A stretch of 64,000 nt of DNA from an uncultured Staphylococcaceae bacterium (GTDB taxonomy: Bacteria > Bacillota_I > Bacilli_A > RFN20 > CAG-826), in NCBI GenBank assembly GCA_964410505.1, contig CAYPGR010000003.1, positions 31,809 to 95,808 on the forward strand, read 5' to 3'. Numbering within the stretch: position 1 is the first letter of the stretch; every line of letters starts with the position of its first letter. The notes under the pieces are model-generated. The model was not told the origin of the DNA. It saw nothing but the letters and a program-made list of their open reading frames with translations, and made no database searches. Shown one piece after another: positions 1-9,964 of this stretch. Position numbers and translations under genes: made by a program.

Positions 1-1560
1 GGGACACTGATCCTTGTTATGATTACCGCTTTATCAATCATTCTTGGTTATTCCCTTAGTAAGTCACTGCAAGACGTTGGACAAAAAATAACCCATGATA
101 TACGCACGGAAGTCTTTGAGCATATTGAAGACTTATCGATCGGTCAAATCAACTTATTACCAGTTGGTAAACTCGTGACCCGGGCCACCAATGATCCCAA
201 TAATATTTCCCAAATGTTTACCGACACAATCGTAAACTTGGTCCGTAACTTCTTAATGATGTTTATTGTTGCGGTCATTTTATTCGTGATTAATCCGTTA
301 ATGGCTTTAGTCACCATGGCAACGATTCCTTTTATTCTTCTTGCCTCATATTTATTTCGAAATTATTCACGCAATGCCTATCGGAGTGTCCGCAATAATG
401 TAAGTGAAGTGAATGCCTTCCTCTCAGAAAACCTCTCCGGGATGCGCATTACCCAAGTCTTCAACCAAGAAGATAAGAAAATAAAAGAATTTAATCGTAT
501 TAACAATCACTTGCGGAAAAGCTACATTCGCGAAATTAATGTGTTTGGTATCTACCGGCCCGTCATTTTCTTCTTGGCCATGGTCGCCACAATTATATCG
601 ATTTACTTTGGCGTAAGCCAAATATTCAAAGGCGCAATTAGTGTCGGTTTATTTGTCTCATTTTATGTCTATATCGGTCAATTCTTCGAACCAATCCAAC
701 AAATTTCCGAACAATTTAATAGCCTTCAAAATGGTTTCGCAAGTGCGGAAAAAATCTTTGACGTCCTTGATACAAGCCCAGACGTCACGGATGCTGAAGA
801 TGCCATTGAACTCACTTCATTTAGCGGGAATATCGAATTTAGACATGTTTGGTTCCAATACATTCCCGATGAATGGGTGTTAAAAGATGTCAGTTTTTCG
901 GTCAAAAGCAATGAAACTGTGGCTTTTGTCGGTGCAACTGGTAGCGGTAAAACAACCATCCTCCAACTCATTGTTCGTAACTATGATATTCAAAAAGGCG
1001 AAATTCTGATTGATGGCATCGATATCCGTAAAATTAAACGCTCATCGCTTCGGAAACATATCGGACAAATGCTCCAAGATGTCTTTCTTTTCTCGGGCTC
1101 CATCCGTGACAACATCACGATGCACGATGATACTGTTGCCGATGAGGATATTCATGAAGCCAGTCAATATGTAGGGCTCAATTATGTGCTTGATAAATTA
1201 CCCGAAGGACTTGATCATATCGTCCGTGAACGAGGCAATAACTTCTCAAGTGGCGAACGGCAACTCATTAGCTTCGCTAGAGCGGTTGTCTATAAACCAT
1301 CCCTCATGATTCTTGATGAAGCGACCGCAAATATTGATTCAGAAACGGAAGCTATCATTCAAGACTCCTTAACTAAAATGATGAACATCTCAACCATGTT
1401 GATCGTGGCCCACCGCCTTTCAACAATTCAACATAGCGACAAAATCATTGTGATGCATAAAGGTGAAGTAAAAGAAAGTGGCAATCACCAAGCCCTCTTG
1501 CGGAAAAAGGGTCTTTACTACAATCTATATCAACTTCAATACGACCCTAAAAATAAATAG
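1..1560 (+). CDS. ABC transporter permease/ATP-binding protein (exporter type), 5'-partial; the frame is open from base 1
   Basis: N-terminal TM helices, then Walker A GATGSGKTT, signature FSSGERQ and Walker B LMILDEAT. No stop in frame upstream of the annotated Met at 19. Confidence 0.85.
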   Translation, partial: GTLILVMITALSIILGYSLSKSLQDVGQKITHDIRTEVFEHIEDLSIGQINLLPVGKLVTRATNDPNNISQMFTDTIVNLVRNFLMMFIVAVILFVINPLMALVTMATIPFILLASYLFRNYSRNAYRSVRNNVSEVNAFLSENLSGMRITQVFNQEDKKIKEFNRINNHLRKSYIREINVFGIYRPVIFFLAMVATIISIYFGVSQIFKGAISVGLFVSFYVYIGQFFEPIQQISEQFNSLQNGFASAEKIFDVLDTSPDVTDAEDAIELTSFSGNIEFRHVWFQYIPDEWVLKDVSFSVKSNETVAFVGATGSGKTTILQLIVRNYDIQKGEILIDGIDIRKIKRSSLRKHIGQMLQDVFLFSGSIRDNITMHDDTVADEDIHEASQYVGLNYVLDKLPEGLDHIVRERGNNFSSGERQLISFARAVVYKPSLMILDEATANIDSETEAIIQDSLTKMMNISTMLIVAHRLSTIQHSDKIIVMHKGEVKESGNHQALLRKKGLYYNLYQLQYDPKNK

Positions 1561-1958
1561 GAAACGAAATCCATCACTTATTGATGTTTCCGTGATTATT
1601 TCACTGAAATGGAAACTTATAATCAAATTTCAGTTTATGAAATTAGTGTAACTTGGCACTATCTTAATCATTTTCAGCGTGATTCAAATGATTCTTGCTT
1701 TTTCTCAACAATTAGATACAGTAGGGTATATTGTGATGAACTCTAAATCACTTAATCTAATTTATCTTTTATATAATAAGAGTAATTTATCAAAAATCAA
1801 AATTTTATTGATTTTAAAATGGTAATTTGATATTATTCAAATGTAATGCATTATATTTTTGAATATAAGAGAAGATACAAATATGTTTCACGTATTTAGT
1901 TTTTATATTAATAGTTTTCTTATCGTTTAATGAATATAAAGGATAATAGGAGGAAACC

Positions 1959-3083
1959 ATGAAGAGAAAGAACTTGATTATACTATCTTTATTTCTAACC
2001 TTAGGCGTTATTGGATTATCACGCCTTTCACCAAATAGCGATAGCTTCTTACCACTTGAAGCAGATGATATTCTTGTACGCACGATCGATTTTGAGGATC
2101 TAAGCTCTGGAAACATGAGCGCACTTGCTTCAAACAATAGTTTTTATGGCGGATTAATCGTCGCCGATGGGAAGGTTACTAAAACTTTATCTGCCGCCAT
2201 CGATTCCAATACTCTTGGTTTGAGAGTAACCCCAATTTCTGACGAAAACCCGTCACCATTTCGATTAATTAAAATCCAAGTTTCTGGTTATTCTAAGATC
2301 GTTTTGGATATTAAACAACAATATACAACAACCATGGTGTCTTCGGGTTGTAACCAAGATATTGTTTCCGCTTCTAATAATGAAATAGTGCGCGATGTTG
2401 TATTACCCACCTATGGTCATCATGAGATCATTCTTACTTTTTATCCTACTTCCACCACTGGATCTAATATGGATTGCGGGATTGACAATATACGGTTCTA
2501 TGGGCCGAGTAGCGGAGAATCAACATCTTCAACATCAGCGAGTACTAGCTCAACCCAAAATTCATTATCAACTGATCAAAGCACGGAATCAGTAGTCTCA
2601 ACTAGCGAAGGTCCGATCCAGACATATGAAATTACCATACGAGACATGTCCAACTTCCTTCAGACCAAAAATACACACTATCCAATCTCAAATGAATTCA
2701 TTGAAGAATATCAACAAAAAAGTGGCGGTTATATAGATTTAGCAAAGAGTCTCGGTCTACTTGTAGATAAAACGCAACATGAACCAAATCAGAAATGGCA
2801 TTTCTTTGATTCATGGATGCAGCCAAGCATTGATCAAGGCACTTTAAGCTGGGATGATGATGCCAGGGATCGTGTTTATATGCGTCTTTTATCTCCAGAA
2901 CTATTACTATGGATATATGAGGCTTCCGGAGTTTCAGAAGAGAAAATACTATTAGCAAAGGATGCCGCCGTGAATGGCAAAATTGAGGGAACACATTCTT
3001 CAACAATAGCAAAAAATATGAGAAGTTGTGTTTCTTGGGACGATATAAGAATCCCCGTCTTGGCCTATAAAAACAGTCTCTAA
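1959..3083 (+). CDS. secreted hypothetical protein with a Ser/Thr-rich linker
   Basis: AGGAGG RBS 6 nt upstream. N-terminal signal peptide MKRKNLIILSLFLTLGVIG. Low-complexity S/T stretch SSGESTSSTSASTSSTQNS. Confidence 0.55.
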   Translation: MKRKNLIILSLFLTLGVIGLSRLSPNSDSFLPLEADDILVRTIDFEDLSSGNMSALASNNSFYGGLIVADGKVTKTLSAAIDSNTLGLRVTPISDENPSPFRLIKIQVSGYSKIVLDIKQQYTTTMVSSGCNQDIVSASNNEIVRDVVLPTYGHHEIILTFYPTSTTGSNMDCGIDNIRFYGPSSGESTSSTSASTSSTQNSLSTDQSTESVVSTSEGPIQTYEITIRDMSNFLQTKNTHYPISNEFIEEYQQKSGGYIDLAKSLGLLVDKTQHEPNQKWHFFDSWMQPSIDQGTLSWDDDARDRVYMRLLSPELLLWIYEASGVSEEKILLAKDAAVNGKIEGTHSSTIAKNMRSCVSWDDIRIPVLAYKNSL

Positions 3084-3237
3084 ATCGATAAGTTTTATTA
3101 CTTTTTTAACAGATTTATGTCTTAATGAAAAACACTTAGTTCTATCAAGCTCAACATATTACTATCACGATAAAATTAAAAAAATCCCCTCAATTTTCAC
3201 CTATTTATGGAAAAATTAGGGGGATATTTTATACTCA

Positions 3238-3314
3238 TGGTGCCGACGACAGGAATCGAACCTGCAACCTACTGATTACGATTCAGTTGCTCTGCCAGAT
3301 TGAGCCACGTCGGC
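3238..3314 (-). tRNA. tRNA-Thr (anticodon CGT), CCA encoded
   Basis: Reverse complement is GCCGACGTGGCTCAATCTGGCAGAGCAACTGAATCGTAATCAGTAGGTTGCAGGTTCGATTCCTGTCGTCGGCACCA. It has a 7-bp acceptor stem, a TTCGATT T-loop and an ATCGTAA anticodon loop. Confidence 0.85.
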
Positions 3315-3351
3315 CTGGTAATTATGATACCTATTTTTTATTCAATATGCA

Positions 3352-3381
3352 ATAAAAACAAGGCGCCTGGCCTTGTTTTTA
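3352..3381. terminator. bidirectional rho-independent terminator, mainly serving the minus-strand aquaporin gene
   Basis: ACAAGGC-GCCT-GCCTTGT hairpin with A-runs and T-runs on both sides. Confidence 0.6.
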
Positions 3382-3404
3382 AGTTCTTCTTTTAAAATTA
3401 TTGA

Positions 3405-4067
3405 CTATTCTTTCGCAAACAGATCAACAAGTCCAGCAAATAAGCCGCCCAATAAAGGTCCCACAAAGTAAACCCAAACATTTTTTAAAGCATCACCACC
3501 CTCAATCAAAGCAGGTCCAAAACTACGAGCTGGATTTAAACTACCACCAGTGATCGTAAAGGCAAAGGAAATAAAGGCAAATAAAGATAGTCCAATTACA
3601 AATGGAGCGATCGATTTTTGCTCTGGTTTCGTTGTCACTCTTAAAATGATAAGAACAAAGATAAACGTAATAATCATTTCAACTAAGATGGCAATGAGCG
3701 CGCCATTTGTATCACCATGAGTACTAATTAAAGTGTTAAAACCATTGGAGCCCAAATTACTTTGATCACCACTAATGAGCCAAATCATTAATCCGGCAAA
3801 AATAGCACCGATTATTTGTGCTAAAACATTAAAGATAAACTCTAAAAATGAAATACGTTCGCGAATCGCAAAAGCAAGGCTGACTGCTGGGTTATATTGA
3901 CCACCACCTACAGCAACAAGGGCGATTACCACTAAACCGAAAACAAGCGGAACTACTAAGCCGACACCAAGTAAAAGACTGAACACAGCTGATCCAGCAC
4001 CTAAAAGCACCAGGATGAATGTCCCAATTAATTCATTTAAGACATTTTTAACTTTAAAACTTCCCAT
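3405..4067 (-). CDS. MIP-family channel (aquaporin / glycerol facilitator-like)
   Basis: Two NPA motifs (GGQYNPAVSLA and SLNPARSFGPA) and six TM helices. Confidence 0.85.
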   Translation of the reverse strand: MGSFKVKNVLNELIGTFILVLLGAGSAVFSLLLGVGLVVPLVFGLVVIALVAVGGGQYNPAVSLAFAIRERISFLEFIFNVLAQIIGAIFAGLMIWLISGDQSNLGSNGFNTLISTHGDTNGALIAILVEMIITFIFVLIILRVTTKPEQKSIAPFVIGLSLFAFISFAFTITGGSLNPARSFGPALIEGGDALKNVWVYFVGPLLGGLFAGLVDLFAKE

Positions 4068-4138
4068 GATAGTACTCCTTTAATATAGATATATTCATTG
4101 TAAAACAAAATAGTAATAATAGACTTAAAACGCCATTT

Positions 4139-4735
4139 TTAGCTGTTCATGTCACTCATTATTGCGTTAATCTGAGTCTCAACCTCAGCCATGGATGTAA
4201 ATAATATGCCGTGAATCTCCAAAGCTTGAGCAGCTTTGATATTCGCCAGATTATCATCAATCATAAATGCGATATCAAATGAAACTGGCGTATTATCTAA
4301 TACATAGCGAAAGATAGCCGGATTTGGCTTTGCCATTTTTAAATCACTAGAAACAAACTTCTTTAAGAAGAGAGAATCAATATCATACATCTTAAAGAAA
4401 TGATTGAGGAAAGTACGACTTGCATTCGATAATAGCACAATATGGTATCGATCCTGATTCATTTTTAAAAAAGTGTACGTATCTTGGTTTAAAACCCCAT
4501 AGTCGAGCCAGCCTTGTTCTACCTCTTGATATGGCACGCCTGTCATCGCTTCAAGTTTCTTAAAGCAATCTTCGGCAGTCATGCGGCCTTCGTCAACGGC
4601 GACAAAGAGGGTGGCGATGACTTCTTTAGCGGTTTTTTCGTCCATATGTCCCTTTAGCCAAAGGTGAGCAACCTCGGCGACAACGACACCAAAGAAATCA
4701 AAAATTAGTAACGGTTTTTTCATATTCTTCCTCAT
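4139..4735 (-). CDS. HAD-superfamily hydrolase-like protein
   Basis: HAD motifs II (LLSNASR), III (KPNP) and IV (IDDN) are present. Motif I reads LIFDFFGVV, so the second Asp of DxD is Phe. Confidence 0.55.
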   Translation of the reverse strand: MRKNMKKPLLIFDFFGVVVAEVAHLWLKGHMDEKTAKEVIATLFVAVDEGRMTAEDCFKKLEAMTGVPYQEVEQGWLDYGVLNQDTYTFLKMNQDRYHIVLLSNASRTFLNHFFKMYDIDSLFLKKFVSSDLKMAKPNPAIFRYVLDNTPVSFDIAFMIDDNLANIKAAQALEIHGILFTSMAEVETQINAIMSDMNS

Positions 4736-4799
4736 TCAATTACGCTTATTACCATCGTAAAATACACTTAAATTCATATAAATAGTATAATATATAATC

Positions 4800-5531
4800 A
4801 TGAATATAACTAAAAAGAATCTCCGACTGGTATTACGAATCGCCATTATCGTGATGGTGATTGCTGGCGTCATCGGGCAATATTTGAGTGGGATCCTCGT
4901 TGATAAAGGATGGAGCTCTTTACTTTTTTACACAACCCAAAGTAATTTACTGGTAGCGGCTACTTACTTATTCCTACTCATATACGAACTTAAAGATAAA
5001 AAGACGCCTCGCCTCATTATCATCTTTGAGCATATTGCTGTCAGTGCCACAACATTAACCTTTATTGTCTTTGCCCTATTCTTAGGACCTTATATCGCCA
5101 ATGTTCGCTATTTCTATTCACTCCAAAATTTGACGCTTCACAACTTAGTGCCAATTCTTTCAATCATCACTTATTTGATTGGGAAAGATACGGGTCAAAA
5201 ACGAATCATTCCCTTTGCCCTTATCAGTGGTTTTTCCTATCTCATCTTTGCATATCTTTTATATTTCCTTAAAGTCCCTTTTGGAAGTTTCGAATTCCCT
5301 TACTTTTTTATGGACTTTAATCAATATGGTTGGTTACGAATTCAAGGGATTAATTTCGGTGTCATATACTGGTGGATCACGATTGCCCTTTTATTATATG
5401 GAATCAGTTTTTTACTCTTCAAACTCAAAGAAAAAACAATCAATTCAAAAAAAGTCCCATTATATGTTTTCATTATTTTATTAGCGTTTGCGATATTGAT
5501 TACTTTAATAAACATTATAATAAAATTATAG
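4800..5531 (+). CDS. polytopic membrane protein, function unknown
   Basis: Multiple hydrophobic segments. No recognisable motif. Confidence 0.45.
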   Translation: MNITKKNLRLVLRIAIIVMVIAGVIGQYLSGILVDKGWSSLLFYTTQSNLLVAATYLFLLIYELKDKKTPRLIIIFEHIAVSATTLTFIVFALFLGPYIANVRYFYSLQNLTLHNLVPILSIITYLIGKDTGQKRIIPFALISGFSYLIFAYLLYFLKVPFGSFEFPYFFMDFNQYGWLRIQGINFGVIYWWITIALLLYGISFLLFKLKEKTINSKKVPLYVFIILLAFAILITLINIIIKL

Positions 5532-5547
5532 TAAAGGGGGTTTTTAT

Positions 5548-7713
5548 ATGAAAAACCGCATCTATAAACTGCTACCACTAAGTTTAGCAACGATATTTTC
5601 ATTAACAAGTTGTAAATTCTTAGCAAATATTCTCAGTAATGTGCTTGTCACGGCCATTATGAATTCACCATTAGTGCTCAATGGAATTGACTTACTCCCA
5701 GAAGGGGCTGATAGTCAACCAGGCCTAATTGAGTGGGAAACATTACCCACGACAGAAGAGGCTCGTACAGGTCTAGAGTACTTTAAAAATGTCCTAGTGA
5801 CTCCAAAAATGTTTGAAACCTCGATTCTTGATAGTCCCGTCCGCATTGACTTTCAAGTCACCGTCACCGGTGAAGACGAAGGCGCAGCAGATAACTTCAA
5901 AATGATTGATGTCTCTAAAGATGATTTACCTGAAGGCTTCGAATTTGATACGAGTGCCCTACCGTTACCGGTCAACTTTGCCCTCAGTGTCATTGTCCCC
6001 GTGGGTGATTCCGACTTGTTTGATAACGTCAACTCCTTCGAAGACTTACAAGGCTTAATGGAAACAACTTCCCAACAAGACTTAATCGAAGCGACCAACC
6101 AAGTTGACCGTGAAATTACCCTTGACATTAAAGCCGTTGCCGGTACCAAGGAAGTAAATAAATCCTTCTTCTTTAACCTTACGAAACCAGGCTTTGGTCA
6201 ACTCATTCTTGATGAAGTATATAAATCTTCATACTTAATTAACGTCTACCACGAAAAAACAAATTCGATTGAAAGTTTATTAAACTTACCAACCGATAGT
6301 AATAATCCGTTACCACTCTCCTACTTCCGTGATTCACTCGCCGTACCAAAACGTGTTGAGTTAAATGACATTGGTCCCGTTGACTTCACCGTCACCGTTA
6401 GCCGCCCTGAATTATTCTTCAGTGCTGAAATGGCCAAACCAATCGAAGAAGTTGATCCCGGTAACACGCTTATCACAGGGGATATTGAAGTGTTTACCTT
6501 CACCCCAGTAGGTACATATAAAGATCAAATTCCAAATGACGTCATCACAATTGAAGACTTCAGCGCTCATGTCCGTGGCATTGATGCCCGTGACTTATTT
6601 AGTTATGTAAGTCAACCCGATGAAACCTTTACCTTAACCATCGCCGCAACGGCAGGTGGCGAAACTATGAGCAAAGATTATTTCTTTACACTTGAAGAAC
6701 CAGTCATTGATGAAGAAATTATTGATTTCTTAATTGAAGAAAATGGGCTCTTAAATGTTGTAGGTTATGAATCAGTCGAAGATGATACGCAAATCCAAAG
6801 TATTGCCAACGCTGCCCGCGACGAAAATAATCCGTATGTCATTAACCACCTTGTCGATACCCTCGTTATTCCTGAATCCATCGTCCTTAAAGACTTTGGT
6901 TCACGACGTTTAGAAATCGACACCGAAATCAATGACTTAACGAATTACTTCAGTGCCACCAAGGAAACGGTGATTAGTGAAAATGATGTCACTGCACGGA
7001 CAATCACGCCTCTCGGTACCTTTGATGCCTCTGGCGTCCCGGTTGGTGATCTTGAAGCCCTTGCTGATAGCTTAAAGGCGCTCCCAACCAAAGATCTTTA
7101 TAGTGCTTCCCAAGCCGCGACCTTTGAGTTCTCACTTGATGTCACGATTAACCTCGTCGACGCCAATGAAAACATTACCGAAAGTAAATCAACCTCCTTC
7201 TACCTCCAAGTTGAAAAGCCAAATCTTGATGAAAAAATTGGTGAAGCGATTATGAATGATTATAGTATCGTCAACTACATCGATCACACCAATCCAAATG
7301 GCAGTGTTGCCAATCCAGTCCAACCAACTGATAGCAATAATCCCGAAACGATTGAATACTTCCGTAAAACCATTATTTTCCCATCGAGCTTCAGTTTCAA
7401 TGACTTTGCGGATAAAGAAATTACGTTTGAAATCACCACGACCGGCGATGAGTTCTTCTTAATTAGTAGTAAGACCCATACCTACGAAGGTCAAGATATT
7501 ACGGTCAGTACTTATAGTCCCGTCGGAACCTATGATACGACCGGCATCACATCCTTCCAAGAACTTGTCGATCACGTCAATAATAATCTCCTCGCCATTA
7601 ATGCCCACAACGCAACTGAAATATCTCGCGATGTGAGCTTCACGGTCGTGGCAAAGATTAATGGCGTAGCGGTGTCTGAAAGAACCTACTACTTCACCTT
7701 TGTCCCGTTTTAA
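5548..7713 (+). CDS. large surface lipoprotein built from about four tandem repeat modules of roughly 170 aa
   Basis: Lipobox LTSC after the signal peptide. Recurring module ends: ...FFFNLTKP, ...DYFFTLEEP, ...SFYLQVEKP, ...YYFTFVPF. Recurring DSNNP...YFR segments. Confidence 0.6.
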   Translation: MKNRIYKLLPLSLATIFSLTSCKFLANILSNVLVTAIMNSPLVLNGIDLLPEGADSQPGLIEWETLPTTEEARTGLEYFKNVLVTPKMFETSILDSPVRIDFQVTVTGEDEGAADNFKMIDVSKDDLPEGFEFDTSALPLPVNFALSVIVPVGDSDLFDNVNSFEDLQGLMETTSQQDLIEATNQVDREITLDIKAVAGTKEVNKSFFFNLTKPGFGQLILDEVYKSSYLINVYHEKTNSIESLLNLPTDSNNPLPLSYFRDSLAVPKRVELNDIGPVDFTVTVSRPELFFSAEMAKPIEEVDPGNTLITGDIEVFTFTPVGTYKDQIPNDVITIEDFSAHVRGIDARDLFSYVSQPDETFTLTIAATAGGETMSKDYFFTLEEPVIDEEIIDFLIEENGLLNVVGYESVEDDTQIQSIANAARDENNPYVINHLVDTLVIPESIVLKDFGSRRLEIDTEINDLTNYFSATKETVISENDVTARTITPLGTFDASGVPVGDLEALADSLKALPTKDLYSASQAATFEFSLDVTINLVDANENITESKSTSFYLQVEKPNLDEKIGEAIMNDYSIVNYIDHTNPNGSVANPVQPTDSNNPETIEYFRKTIIFPSSFSFNDFADKEITFEITTTGDEFFLISSKTHTYEGQDITVSTYSPVGTYDTTGITSFQELVDHVNNNLLAINAHNATEISRDVSFTVVAKINGVAVSERTYYFTFVPF

Positions 7714-7735
7714 AACGCGTTAACACGATTGCCAA

Positions 7736-7766
7736 TAAACCTTGGTTAACTCCAAGGTTTTTTTAT
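7736..7766 (+). terminator. rho-independent terminator after the lipoprotein gene
   Basis: AACCTTGG-ttaact-CCAAGGTT followed by TTTTTTT. Confidence 0.7.
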
Positions 7767-7903
7767 GACTGAATGTCTACTCATAAGAATGAAACTGTGC
7801 CAAGAAAATAAATTTCTATGCATTATAGAATATAGTTACAAATAATTAATTTTATAATGGGAGTGGAAGATGATTTTTGTTATCTTGCCAAAGGAGCAGA
7901 ATT

Positions 7904-8473
7904 ATGAAAAGAATTTATTACTACATAATTGGGATTATTGCCTTACTTGCTGTGGTAACAGGTTCAACCTGGATTGGGGCCACCAATGGTGAGGTTCGTA
8001 AACGCCAAAACGTCATTGAGGCGACTGGTAATGTCCACGCCAAACTAAGTGGCCGCTATGACAAGGTGACCGCCTTTATTGATGCGATTGAAGACGCAAA
8101 TGCGACGATTGAAAGTTATCTCACGATCATTGCTGATGCGCGGACAGCTTTTGCGAATGCCATTGCTGCAAGCGACCTAGACGCTGCCAATGAAGCGGCT
8201 GATACTATCGATGCGACTTTTATCGATTTAGTCTCCTACATGGAAGATAATCCGTCTTCATATAATACAGTAGACCTCTATAGTGGTTATATGGCCGAAT
8301 TTGCAGCTTCTACGAATGCCGTCATCGTCGCGGTGACCACCTATAACAAAGAAGTCAATGCCTATAACACCCATATTGAAACCTTCCCAAACCTCATCTT
8401 TCTTCAAGGGAAAACCCCTTATGAAACATGGGCCATTACCAACTATAATACGACCCTTCCGACCTTTAATTAG
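7904..8473 (+). CDS. lemA: LemA-family membrane protein
   Basis: AGGAG RBS before MKRIYYYIIG. Single N-terminal TM helix. About 190 aa, typical LemA architecture. The ORF track starts at an earlier, less likely Met at 7877. Confidence 0.7.
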   Translation: MKRIYYYIIGIIALLAVVTGSTWIGATNGEVRKRQNVIEATGNVHAKLSGRYDKVTAFIDAIEDANATIESYLTIIADARTAFANAIAASDLDAANEAADTIDATFIDLVSYMEDNPSSYNTVDLYSGYMAEFAASTNAVIVAVTTYNKEVNAYNTHIETFPNLIFLQGKTPYETWAITNYNTTLPTFN

Positions 8474-8481
8474 GACGTAAC

Positions 8482-9294
8482 ATGAAGGCATTCACCCAAA
8501 CACTAAAAAAGTTCTTCCTCATTTTTTTAGCGATATTTTTAACCGGTTGTACGAGTTCTGGATTTTATCAATCCAACGCCTTTTATATTAATGACCGGGC
8601 GGGTGCTTTACTTAGTTCCACTGAATATTTAATTTATACATACTCAAAAAATCTCGATCAAAAAGATTCACAAGTCCAAGCATTTCGTGATCAAAAACTA
8701 AATGGAACGCAACTGGTGGTTGCAACCCACCTCGGAGAACCCGATAGTATCGATACCACCGCCATCTTTGATAAATGGAAAATTGGGACGAATGATCTCG
8801 GCTTCCTAATTATGCTTTATTTTGAAGAATCTCCAACTGAAGAGTATCTTTTTAATTACCTCGGGATGACTTGGGAAATTAGTGATACTTTATCAGGTTA
8901 TATTTCAATGACCCGGGTTGATCAAATCTATCAAGCCACCTGGAATAGTAGCGCTACCCAAAATAACCATCCAGGTGATTACGATTATTGGTTAGCGGAT
9001 TTTTATGTCGGGGTCCTCAAAGAAATATATTTAGAAGTATATGGTTATACGAGTTTTGCCGATGACGACATTATGGAAGCATATGAAAATGATCAATATG
9101 AATCGTTTTATGCTTATTTACCTGATGAAAGTTTTAATATTCACGCGATCCCGTGGTATGTCTACGTTCTCGGTGTGATCATCTTGATCTTAATCTTAAG
9201 CGGTCGGTGGTGGTATGTTTTAATCTTCTTCCGAGTCCCTGGGAGTAATCGTGGGGGCGGCGGCCGTTCCGGTGGTTACCGCTATACGAAGTAA
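8482..9294 (+). CDS. TPM-domain (TLP18.3/Psb32-like) membrane protein
   Basis: N-terminal lipoprotein-like signal, C-terminal TM helix and a Gly-rich tail (GGGGRSGG). Canonical LemA–TPM gene pairing. Confidence 0.55.
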   Translation: MKAFTQTLKKFFLIFLAIFLTGCTSSGFYQSNAFYINDRAGALLSSTEYLIYTYSKNLDQKDSQVQAFRDQKLNGTQLVVATHLGEPDSIDTTAIFDKWKIGTNDLGFLIMLYFEESPTEEYLFNYLGMTWEISDTLSGYISMTRVDQIYQATWNSSATQNNHPGDYDYWLADFYVGVLKEIYLEVYGYTSFADDDIMEAYENDQYESFYAYLPDESFNIHAIPWYVYVLGVIILILILSGRWWYVLIFFRVPGSNRGGGGRSGGYRYTK

Positions 9295-9295
9295 A

Positions 9296-9745
9296 CTATT
9301 CGTTTTCATTTTCATTTAAATAATCATCAAGGTCTCGTTCTCTTATTTTTTGTCGTCTTTTATGAAAAGTTTTAATCTCAGCAGTGGTCGGTTTTTTAAA
9401 GGTCACGGTATTGGTTTTAACCCCGCGGATATTTGTATAATTAGGTTCATTCACTAGCCGATCACGAAATAGATCGACATTTTGCCTTGTTTTCTTATTC
9501 CAATAAGGATCTTTCACTAATTGTTCACGAAGCATCTCATAGGTTTCACGGGTAATTTCGGTGGGCCCTTTTAAACACCAATCGGGATGATCACGTTTAA
9601 CCCCGCCCATTTTCTTGGCTTTGGCACTGGCTTCTTTCTTGCTGAAAGCTTTGACGGGGATATCGAGCGGCAAATATTTGTCACGACCAACATGGCCAAA
9701 TTTACAGGTCACAACATAATGCTTACGGGTAGTAAAAAATGGCAT
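9296..9745 (-). CDS. small basic hypothetical protein
   Basis: ORF only. Lys/Arg-rich. No recognisable motif. Confidence 0.35.
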   Translation of the reverse strand: MPFFTTRKHYVVTCKFGHVGRDKYLPLDIPVKAFSKKEASAKAKKMGGVKRDHPDWCLKGPTEITRETYEMLREQLVKDPYWNKKTRQNVDLFRDRLVNEPNYTNIRGVKTNTVTFKKPTTAEIKTFHKRRQKIRERDLDDYLNENENE

Positions 9746-9964
9746 ATGGCCTCTTTCTATATAAATTTCTTATAACTAATACTTATATCTTACCGCAAAA
9801 GCAACCCTTTGAAAAGATAAGGGGCGACTTTTAAGACTATCTCCATCATTCTTTAATATGCTAATATTAAAAGTAAGAAACATGACTTCTGCTGCATCAA
9901 GTTATTGCTGTACCTTCATGTTCGCTACCATAAAACGTCTATCAAGAAAGAATGAGGATCTTGT

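Noticed and set aside
424-971. Three short ORFs (424–621 minus, 641–883 plus, 726–971 minus) inside the ABC exporter gene
   Set aside because: They lie entirely within a well-supported CDS in other frames or strands and have no motifs. They are six-frame artefacts. The same applies to the many 60–110-aa antisense ORFs inside the amylase, pullulanase, nrd, liv, thiolase and helicase genes.
1561-1958. 400-bp AT-rich non-coding region after the ABC exporter, examined for an RNA gene or riboswitch
   Set aside because: Only weak, long-loop inverted repeats and generic AT-rich promoter-like sequence were found. Nothing has conserved RNA structure that I can recognise.
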